Source: Bugula neritina (Eukaryota > Animalia > Bryozoa). From it: 64,000 nucleotides of DNA. How positions within the stretch are numbered: position 1 is the stretch's first letter; every line of letters begins with the position of its first letter. Where the stretch lies: NCBI GenBank assembly GCA_964035545.1, contig OZ037765.1, forward strand, positions 5,714,698 to 5,778,697. The letters are read 5' to 3'. This document shows positions 53,352 through 64,000 of the stretch, piece after piece. Made by a program: the position numbers and the translations under genes. The notes beneath the pieces are model-generated. The model did not search any database, was not told the origin of the DNA, and saw only the letters and a list, made by a program, of their open reading frames with translations.

Positions 53352-54582
53352 AGACAACAGCGGGGAAAATATTTTCTACTTCAAAGGTTCGAGTGCATGG
53401 CCGTCTAAATACACATGCATACCAAAAATACATAAGCTCAAATAAAGGTAGCATTTACTTTTATAATATAATTTACAGTTGAAAATGACTTTTTCACAAA
53501 AAATAAATAAAGCATTCCAAACATCTTTTAAAAATTATTGCTCAAATACATATTTTTAGATTACAATCTTGCACAATGGAGAAATATTAACAATATCTCT
53601 CATCAGTATACACAATATTAAAATATGGTTTACGATGCAGTCATATTTAATTCCATGAACTAACAATCATAATGATAGGAATGTGCTGGTCACCATTCAT
53701 AGTAGAGCTACTAGTTAAAACTAGCTATAATTAACAATACTTCTTTCTCTCAGTATTCTTGGCTTGTTCTACTATATGTTCTAATTATATGTTTTAATAT
53801 AAAGCATTCACATGTGCGAACACATACACATTTTCGAAACAGAAATAAATTTATAAGTTTTCATGCAACTGCAGTTGCAGAAGGTAACTTTTTAATGGTG
53901 CAAGACAACTTATGACAGATCAAAATGAACTGGATCAAATAACAGAACAGATCCTATGGCTGCATAAAATTACAATAATTCCTGTTACTTCAGCAACTGA
54001 TTTTACCATTGATTCAATGCTTATTATGTAATCATATCAGTTATTAGCAATGGGATTAAGTTACTGTCAGGTACCCCAAGAAGCACACAGCAACTGTTTA
54101 CTCTCTCACAATATTGAAACTTCCCCCAATTTAACATAGAAGTGCATTTAATCAAGTTTATCCAATATTGAAGTAACACATTTTACTTTTAGGTCTTCTA
54201 ACACCTAACAAATATCTAAATCTGTAAAAACTCAAGATTCAATGAGTCTACTCAACATCAAGATGCGAGAATCGGAAAAATAGATATTTCATGATGTAGG
54301 AGGCCAAAAGTATATCCTAAACACAGCATCTAAGGCTAAATGTTATATTTAGGATATCCCTGTTCAAGGATTTTTGCTTTTCTGTATTGTAGAAAATGTC
54401 TTTATAATACAAAAGCAATATGTTGTCTAAAATCAGTATGTATCAGATGTTCTAATGATACAAAAAGGTGCTAGGTGGTAGAAGACTTTCACAATCCTCA
54501 AAAAATGTTAATGATATACTAAAATAAAAGAAATCCTAAAGGTACTGAAACTAATGATTTTGATAGCTATGAACAGATAAAT

Positions 54583-55006
54583 TGGGTCCTTTTACTTAAT
54601 TTAGTACACACTGAAATCTCCATTTTTTAGCTATTTTTCACAATTTAACTGCTAATGGACATGGACTTTTGCCCAAAACTAATAAAGCACCAATAAATAC
54701 ACCGAAACAATTAAGGCTCTTCTTAATTTTGCTTGATTTCCCATCTTTTTTTTTATATATTCAGCTTATTAGGAGTGCGGACTGTTACGAAAAAAACCGT
54801 AACGGTCCACAACCAAAAGTAGCTGAATAATTAGGAAAAAACATGGGAAATGAAGCAAAATTAAAAATAACTTTGAATATTTAGGTGTATTTGTTGATGT
54901 TTTACTAGTTTTGGCCAAAAAACCCATGTACATTAGCAGTTAAATTGTGAAAAATAGCTAAAAACTGAAGATATCCAGTGTGTACTAAACTAAGTAAAAT
55001 GACCCA
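54583..55006. mobile_element. Full-length foldback/palindromic MITE (family B), ~424 bp
   Basis: Left TGGGTCCTTTTACTTAATTTAGTACACACTG...TAGCTATTTTTCACAATTTAACTGCTAATG is the reverse complement of right CATTAGCAGTTAAATTGTGAAAAATAGCTA...CAGTGTGTACTAAACTAAGTAAAATGACCCA; central hairpin GGACTGTTACG-AAAAAAAC-CGTAACGGTCC. Confidence 0.85.
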
Positions 55007-58000
55007 TTTATCGTGACAAAAAGCTCATATCAATTAAGAAAATTTATACGATTTGCATTCCATCTAAACTTTATTACTCCTGACATATTACACCTCTATA
55101 GAGCTGTTGTCTTAGATATCCCTATAATAGACTTAGTATGTGAATTGGAAAAGTATAGGGCAATTTTCTTTTAAAACCTATGACTGATAACCTTACATTT
55201 AGACTAACTCTCCGCTTTAGCTTTAAATTTTTAACATTATCATAAAGATTGTAACATTATTAGTCAAATTTATTAACATTTTCATCATGACTTTTACTTT
55301 TAAAATTATAATAATTAGGAAAATCTTTCTGAAATTATAATTATTTCAATTATAAAAATCAAGGACACCAATAGCTATTATGGTAGACCTTATATTTAGA
55401 ATATTAATATCAATTCATAATCATGATAATTAGTCATAGCTCTCTTAACAAAGGTAAAGTAATGCAAATATCAACATAAATATTGCTTCAGATATTAACA
55501 CGAACATAACAATAAAAACCTCATTCAAAATAAAATTATTTAATGTTATAGCAATACAAATATTACACTATAATAGATAACTTTTTCCATTATAATCATG
55601 GTTATAATGAGTTATAATGATCTATATCATTAGCCTTAAGAACATGATTACAAATAATGAAGTATATGTAAAGCTAATGTCTAAGTCATCTACTAAATAG
55701 TTTCATCTTTTTATGAGAATAAATAGAACTGAGTCTAAGTTACAATAAATGAGTACTTGTAAACTGAAGCATTGGAGTTCTTTGATTCAAGTTGATTGGT
55801 TCAACTCAAGTGCTTCATGACATAAATTGAAACTTCTGTCAGTCAATTTGGGCAAGTCAAAGACTCAAATTAATTTCAAGCACTATTATTATTTAGATAC
55901 AGTGATTAAACAATAGAATAGATATTAGATAGTATTTTAATATAAATTATGCAGAGTTATTTAAGCACTTAATTATAATTCAAATGCTCTAAGAAATACT
56001 TAATGGCTATTAAAATGCAACTGCATGTAATCAACACTATGGTAGTTATTGCTTATTTTTATTTGTATTGTGGTATATTGAATATTAATTTTAAAATTGT
56101 TAAACCTGAAGATAAACATTGAACCATTTAAAGCTGATAAATGCATGCAGATTTCTTCAACCCTTGGTTATAGTATCAATACTCAGCATTTAAAATAGAC
56201 ATTACATATTGACTCATTTGATAGTCAATTCGAATTTACTTGGGCAAATTAAGGCTATTGACAAATTTAGAATTGGCTGAAAGGTTTTTGGGTTGAATTG
56301 ACCCGCTGTAACGTTGAATCTGCATTAGCTCTGATATAATTAAATCTAATTATATTTATAATCATAAATTTTTATATCATGAGAAACTTAGTGTTAAAGT
56401 AAAGGTTACGTAAATCTGAAGTTAATACTAATTAAAACATAGTAAATTGGTAATTACGCCCATGATAAGAATCGCCTAGCACTGCAGCTAAGAATAAACA
56501 CCAATACCAATGCTTTAATCTAAAAGTAAATTGGGTTTGTTAACAGCAATTTGAGCAGTAATCTGAACTGTAACTGTAAGACTAACAGCAGCTTTGAATG
56601 TTAACACAATTATAATAACATTAACTCAATAACATTCCAACAAGTATAACAAATAAGCTTAATGTCCAATGATGATAATCACAATGACAATAAATTAGCT
56701 CTTTAATAATACAATTTTACGCATGCAATTTTGAATGAAAAACTTTTAATATAACATTAAGTATGTATAGTCTATAACTATAAGTATAAGTCACCATCAC
56801 TATCAGTATCACTATGGCTTAGACTATCAGTGTCACATTTAGTTTTACTCGAAGTCTATCACTATCAGTATGCTAATGTAATAACTGTAAGTGTAACTGA
56901 CACTGCTTTTAACTTTAAGTTTAGGTCACAGCACGAGTATCACTATTACTATTACATTCACTATAACTATTAGTATTACATTATAACTATTAATATTGGC
57001 ATAGAAATAAACTATTAAATTATAAATTAAAATAGAATAATTATAATCATAATGAAACTAAAATTTTAGTTACCACGACTACTACTAGTACTATGTTTAC
57101 TAGAACTATACCGGTATACGGTTGAAATTTAGGGGTAATACTAAAACTAAAAGTAAAAAAGGTTCAAATAAAATTAAAACCAAAAGTAAAAGGAAATTGA
57201 AAATGAAAAAAACTTTAAGTTAAACTAAAACTTTAACTAAAACTTAAAGTTAAAGTTAAAGTCAAACCCAAGCCTAGGCTCAAGAGTCACGAGTGAAGAC
57301 GAGTCAGAGTCCAACTATTTTTTATTCCAGGGAAACATTTAGTTATATAATTATCATAAATATTTTCGGCCTGATTGGAGCCATAATAACAAGTATAATA
57401 GATATAAAAAATATTCATAAATCATGCTACAAGTACAGTAGTATGAGTTAACGATCATTGGTTGTTTTTGAGTTTCGGTTTGGTTAAAACCGGATAGCAC
57501 GTTTCTAGGAATATGAAACGCATCCCCTTAGAAGAGATACTATAAATTCTACAACGATAATTGTAGTAATGTATTTATATTTTGTGAACAAAAACAATTT
57601 TTGATTAAAAATTATGCAATTCCTCATTGAATTTATAAAAATTCATGTGAAAGTTTTCTTGTTAGTAAACAGTGATTTATCGTGAGGTTATTGGTAACTG
57701 TAAACTTCGTTGTCTGCTCTGTTTCCGTAAAGGCAACCTAATAAACATCATTACGATTAGGATTGCCTATATCATTATAGTTTATTGCTATTAGTATTTA
57801 CCGCAATTATACTTAAAAGTCAAAAGTTACAACCGTGTAAGTTTTACTAATTTACTAGTTTATGTGGCTGTTGACAACAACTATGAATATATTGTGACAT
57901 CTTGTGTAAAATACCCTAATCCTCATTTTCATTTTGTCAAGAGCCAGAGGTTCAGGTTATACTAATAGTAATAGTAATACTAATAGTAATACTAAATTTT

Positions 58001-58614
58001 AATTTACTTTTAGTTCAAGTAACTTATACACTTCTACTTATAGTTCTATATCCTTGGTTCTTGAGACTGAAAGTGAGTGTTCCCAAGTGTTCGATATCTT
58101 CAAAGCCAAAGGTATTCAAAGCTTTTATACTCTAAGGGTTCAATTTAAGCTAAAAGTAAAAGTAAATATAAATCAATATGAATATTATAGGACATAGATG
58201 ATAGATCTGCTTTTAAATCTTTAGTTCAGGACCAGTGTCTCATAATTTATCATTAGTAATTATAATCATGGTCAAAGTAACGTAATCTTTTTTAGTTTTT
58301 ACATACACTTTTCTTTAACCATTAACTTTAAGTTTAAACTTGATGCTCAATTAAAAATTTACCTTTCTTCAAAACTGTTCATTTTCACTCAAAGTCGAAC
58401 AGTAGTAAGCGATGAAAATAAAATATAACAAAAGTGGAGCGTAGAATTTTGTAGAAAAAAATTGAAATTCTCAATTTGGAAGTGCCATTTCTAATTTTGA
58501 AATGACAATCCTGACTTTTTGGTCAAACACTACTAATTTCAATCATTTCATTTTTTAGGTTAGATGATCATTAGAAGATCGTGACTACTCTCCTGGCTTC
58601 AGGTTTTTTTTACG

Positions 58615-59676
58615 ATGACAGGTGTAGGAAGTATTATAAATCAAATGTGCTTAGAACTGAAGCATATTCCTATGAAAATACTATGTGTAATGTTGGTAAT
58701 CCTGCAGTCATTCTTCATGGATGCAATCCTCATACATTGCTATGGCTCTGACTCAACAACTGGTGCTTGTGCTCCTTGTAGTAATTGTTATTGGTGGATT
58801 TTAGGTGACATCATTGTTGTAGCTTTCTTTATATTTTCTTTTGTCATCACCTACAAGTACTTGCAGTACCACCAGAAGTTCAAGAACTTGCATAAAAAAC
58901 ACATGAAGAATGGTTTACCTCTGTCTTGTGTAACATGGTTTATTTACTCTGCTTTTGTTGCTGCTAAAGTAGCCGTTATTTTTAAATCGGGAATCCCTGA
59001 CAGATTACTTGAAAGTGATTTCTATGGACCACAATTTCTAAAAACTGGCATCTGTCTTAGTGGAGTGGTTTTTATTTTATTTGCTGGATCCCAGCATCAT
59101 GCTAAGGAAGGCGCTAAGGAACGACTTTATATCAACTCTATGGCTTCAGGAGTAACATTTGATGTGCTTGACACTGTCGATTTTCTAGATATATTGTTTG
59201 TGAATGATACTGGGTTTCTATTACCATTTGGACTGGAAGAGGCCATATTGGCAATAGCAATTATTAATCTCATAAAACCAACTTTTTCATTTCTTGTCTT
59301 AATGGTCAACCATTTTGGTGCTACCAACATTAGTCGCGAGCTTTCAGCTGCAAATGCTTTCTTGTCTGTGTTTATAGTCAACACACCTTTCATGGCTATA
59401 AGAATGTATCTATGGCATAACCTGAGTCGTGATATCAGTGTATTTCTTATTAAAAACTTTGTTCTCATATTCGTTGGAATTCATGAAATGTACGAGATAA
59501 GTATGGAAAAGGCACAAGAAACGAAAAAATCTGAGATCGAAATGAACCCAAACCTAATAACAGCACATAGACCAACTGATCTACTTGCACGTAAACCTCA
59601 TCAGTCCGGCAGTAGACCTTCGAGTCACCATGATTCACTTGTGGAATTGAACCAAGAACAAATCACTAAAGTGTAA
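58615..59676 (+). CDS. TMEM121/CECR6-family multi-pass membrane protein (353 aa, single coding exon)
   Basis: About seven hydrophobic helices; TFDVLDTVDFLDILF and NTPFMAIRMYLW...SVFLIKN motifs typical of the CECR6_TMEM121/TMEM26 group; splice acceptor just upstream of the ATG. Confidence 0.75.
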   Translation: MTGVGSIINQMCLELKHIPMKILCVMLVILQSFFMDAILIHCYGSDSTTGACAPCSNCYWWILGDIIVVAFFIFSFVITYKYLQYHQKFKNLHKKHMKNGLPLSCVTWFIYSAFVAAKVAVIFKSGIPDRLLESDFYGPQFLKTGICLSGVVFILFAGSQHHAKEGAKERLYINSMASGVTFDVLDTVDFLDILFVNDTGFLLPFGLEEAILAIAIINLIKPTFSFLVLMVNHFGATNISRELSAANAFLSVFIVNTPFMAIRMYLWHNLSRDISVFLIKNFVLIFVGIHEMYEISMEKAQETKKSEIEMNPNLITAHRPTDLLARKPHQSGSRPSSHHDSLVELNQEQITKV

Positions 59677-60018
59677 TTTTTGTAAGCTTTGTTTTTTCTT
59701 GAACAATAATTTAAATTGTACATATATATTAACCCATTTTTTGAAATATTTTTACTTGTGCCTATGCGACTGTGTTTGGTTCATTCAATATTTTGATGAA
59801 TTCATAAATATTTATTATTATGATAGTAATTGAAATTACTAAGCTACAATAATAATATACCAAATTATAAAAAAAAACTGATCATGTTTTCACCTAACAA
59901 CATTTATGTATCTTACGACAAATTTACAATGGCAAATATATCTAGCAACAAGAGCTTTTTGTTCGAATAGAACACCAGTGATGAATAAGTATATTTTGAC
60001 GCTTCAAATGTCATTTTC

Positions 60019-63000
60019 TTAGCTCTCTTCGCCCAAGTTATGCTTAACTTGACTAAAATCAAAATCTGCTCCAGTAATTCGCCTGTACATATCCAGTACA
60101 TCATCACACGTTGTTTCAAAGTGAGTGGTAGCATCAAATGACTTGGAGATAAACACCTGAAATTCAAATCATGCATTGAAAGTGAAATGGTGTTTCAGCA
60201 TAAGCAAACAAAAGCGTGTAACTATTGGTGCAAACAATCTAATCATCCTTACCTTGCTAGCAGTTCCGTCATCTACTGGTTCGTACAAATCTGTCACAGT
60301 AACAAACCTGCAGAAAAATTTACAGTTTTATTTATTAACCTGTTGTACCAACCCCTACACTACTGCTGTAGCAATCCAACTTAATTTAATAGTTATCTTT
60401 CATGCACAACTGCAAACTATTTTATATAAAAAATCTAAGAAACATAATAAGCAACAAACATTAAAATTTTAGCCACCAAAGAAAGTGACCAATATAAGCC
60501 ACTAGTCTTGCATTAACCCATAATTCATTTCAACAGACAAAATGAAACTGAATTATTCGAACTATAAGTTTCCTGCCTACTATTGGCAATCTTAAACAAC
60601 TAATTCACAGTTCAGTCTCATTCAATCAATTAATATAAAGTACTAAATGCAGTAATCCTGCCACACTTACTTCTGTTCAATTGGTCCGAGTAAATCTAGT
60701 CCTGGTTTAATCTCCAGCTCTGGGTTAGCTGTTTCAACAAACGCGCTGACCAGAGCAAGGAAATATCCTTTCTGAGCTACATTGTGAGCGTATGACACAG
60801 CCAGCACATAGATATCTGAAACAAATTTCAACACATTAACACTAAGCTGCAACTGCTATAAAACTGAATATTGGTCCACTGTATTGGCCATGACTCAAAC
60901 ATTGACTAAGTAGAACTCAAGAGAGTACTTGAGTCACACAAAACTATAATGTGCAGTTGTGTTTCTCAACATTACTATAAAATTACAAATGAACAATTGG
61001 CACACTTAAGAAAATAATAGTAATAAAACATTTAGCGTTTGAGAAACATATAAGAAGACATGTAATATAAAATAATACAGCTGATTGACCTTGATACATA
61101 AATGATGAGATGTTGTGTAAGTAACCTCACCTGATTCACGCCCCACTTGATTTTGAGGAATTATTATCTGGGCAGAGAGGGAATCTGAAGTGTTTGGTAA
61201 TGGATGGTTGAGGATACAAATAGCTCTCACCACCTAACACAGAAAACAATAAAGTCCGGTACATCCTACACACATTAAATTTAGCCTTACACAAGTGACA
61301 ACATGATGAGAGAGCTTTGCTTGAAAAATTATACCATGATCCACAAAGTATCATTGAAAAAACAACATATGATCCAAATCAAGCACATTTCAGTGTTGCA
61401 AAACCCGATAATATATTTCTCAGCCTAGCAAGGGATAATTTGCAATTCAATGACTGACATTACAGGCCTAGGCCTGGACAAATTATTTGGCCAAGCTATT
61501 AACTTGGAGATGTCTGTTGTAGATTTGGTTCATGGCACAACATTTATGTGTCAATTTTCATTGATAGCCATGATATGTTTATCATATAAGATTCAACTGG
61601 TCATACAACCAACAAAAACTACGAAAATGTACTTGTGTGTCAGATAACAAAAAATGATATAATATATGTGGTGTTTGTTTTCAAGTATCAGCAATGTGAC
61701 ATGTTTAATTTAGTAAGAAACCAGAGGAAAAATTGCATTCCAGTACTTTGGTGGTGCTATTATGTCAAGAATGACCAAATTATACCCGAGCTAATATTTG
61801 TTCAGAGCTGAAGCAGAGAAATCTTGTGGGTCTGATTATACTATTTTTTCAAGAGAAATTATTTGAAAAATATTATTGCTAGCAAATACAGATCCTAATT
61901 TCAAGCATTGATTGACTGAATCCAAGAGCAACAATTTGAATCTGGTTATGTGGGTCTGTTTAATAACTGCAACATATTCATTTCTAGAATAGTGAGCTGT
62001 TCTGGTAGTTCTACCGAGAGCATGCAACTCTCAAATATGTTTAATGTTGGCATCTTCATATGGTTCATAAGTGTTACATGTAAATAGTGGAATATAACTA
62101 ACCATGATTATAACAGCAAGACAAAGATAGAATCTCATAGATCAAAATATTCATGTATGGGACAATAATTACAGTGTTGGTGCACACACCATACATTTAC
62201 TAGGGTGTATGTGATGCAGTAGCACAAAATAATGACTATTGACTCACTTGTCCAACTTTTTTGCACCTATTAGGGGCGTAGGAAGGATCGCAAACCACCA
62301 TCTTACACTTGGCCACCTCTTTGTCACTTCTCACGCCAACCACTTCTCCCGTCTCATTGGTCACAATTTCATCACCAGGCTTATCCAACATGTAAGTACC
62401 GCCGTAAATTGCACTAAGTCTAGCAAAGCCCTGTGGCAGCTCTCCCAGCCCATACAGTGGGTAGAGATAGGGGCTCTTGCCATACCTGGCCACCGAGTCA
62501 CTGTACAGCTTACATCGATGAACCAGCTCCTCTGCCTTTGTTTTCAGGTATCTATAAGAATACAAATAATACTAAATGTCAAAACAATGTTGAAACAGAT
62601 GTCACTCGATAGGCAGAGTTTGAAAAACAACATCATATAAAAATGAGATATTTCATCACACGTATGTACTAGTGTTTTCATCAAGATATAACTCGTGCAT
62701 TGTAAGAGAATGGTTTCTTGTAGGGCTAAACAGTTTGATGATCAAAAACAAGCTGCATGGAGATGAGGAAATGACAAGTAATAAACTATACAGTAGAAGT
62801 AAAGATTACAATTAGAGCCATAATTATATAACATACATGGTGTGATCGCCTAGCACCTTTACAAGATATACTTGAAAACTCTAATCTTATGTTTTTGACT
62901 TGATATTATAGCTGAGCCTTTATATAAGGAACAAATACTAAAATTTTGATCATTCTAATTGTTTAAATCCACCAAATGCTCTGAACATATGGCAAACGTG

Positions 63001-64000
63001 AAGGCGACTAAGATACTTCTACATAGCTAATTTAGTGATTTTTTAGTCATGGGCCAGATTAAATAAAGGTGCAACTATTTTACTCCATTCTACACTATTC
63101 AATATAGCCTACAATATACACTATTCAATATACAGTACATAATATACAGTATACACTATATATACAGCATACACTATACAGTATACACTATTCAATACTC
63201 ACGAGTCATCTCTGTACAGAGCCACGGCATGTCCTGTGAAGTCCTGCGTGTTTTTATCTACTCCGAAATAATCATACAGGTCTTGACAAGTCTTCTCCTT
63301 GGGATTGAATTTCTTAAAAGTTGAAGGATTTGCTGGGTCGTAGTCGTTGATAAACACCAAGAGATTACGATACTTCCTTTTTTCAAATATTCCCATCAAA
63401 CCTAAAGTTGCGAAAGCAATTCTCCTTCACATTGACATGAATATATCTTAAAATACTTTAGATAGTGAAAGTAAATTACTCTTTCACATTGAAATGAATA
63501 TATCTTTCAAAATTTTATATTGTCAATTTCAGCAAGTAATTCAAAGGCAATAAATTGTACGAAAAGCATTATTTTTGTGCAATATATAACATCCTTTTAG
63601 TAATATACTAAATCAAAATATCAAAGTGCAACCGTTGATTATCCTAAAAGCAAGGACACTAACTTGACCATTTGATAGCATCAGGTAAACTAATTTTCGA
63701 GTTTCAAAAAGAAGCTATTCCATTCGTTGAAATATAAATAGAATTTCAGCTCATGAAGTGTACAGGTAGACACTGTATAGCATAGCCGTATGTCCACTGG
63801 GAATTGCTACTCAAGCTGTATTAAATACAAGCAGCTGCAGTAGAGATTGCATTCTACTTGTTTTGATGATTTAGGTCACACAGCAGAGACTGAAACTAAG
63901 TATATACCAGTAGTTAGAGCTTCTTTCTCAGTAGCTGGCACCTTGTGAGCTTTACCACTCTTGAATACATAGCTGCCCTCCACAGACTTGAACTCCAAGT
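60019..64000 (-). CDS. GDI1: Rab GDP dissociation inhibitor, 3' part (runs off the window). Exons approx. 63857-64000, 63203-63401, 62247-62549, 61131-61233, 60671-60815, 60253-60307, 60019-60156
   Basis: [72 protein letters not shown] and [17 protein letters not shown] are diagnostic of Rab GDI. Confidence 0.97.
63090..63197. repeat. Degenerate TACACTATTCAATATA-type low-complexity tandem repeat, intronic
   Basis: Seen directly. Confidence 0.7.

Overview
AT-rich, intron-containing animal (invertebrate, probably lophotrochozoan-like) genomic DNA; the species cannot be determined from the sequence. The window is gene-dense. In order it holds: the 5' part of a GLIS1/3-type zinc-finger gene (-); a tandem pair of 10-exon type-I membrane protein genes (-) with signal peptide, PAN/Apple domain, TPR-like ectodomain, TM helix and short tail; TMEM220 (-); REX1BD (+); BTF3 (-); NASP (+); UBAP1 (-); a multi-exon PPP-family phosphatase with Nudix-like and EF-hand regions (-); a TMEM121/CECR6-family gene (+); and the 3' part of Rab GDI (-). 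Repeats include a tRNA-derived SINE family (3 copies), two MITE families, a structured solo-LTR-like insert and several minisatellites. The two strongest leads are (1) the PAN-TPR receptor pair, whose exons are a mosaic of ~97%-identical tracts and strongly diverged segments while the introns are unalignable, and (2) strand-symmetric, roughly 6-bp-periodic A[C/G]T tracts that recur just downstream of the inferred start site of each of the seven genes from TMEM220 to TMEM121. Exon boundaries were read by eye from GT/AG sites and frame continuity; family assignments come from recalled motifs, not database searches.
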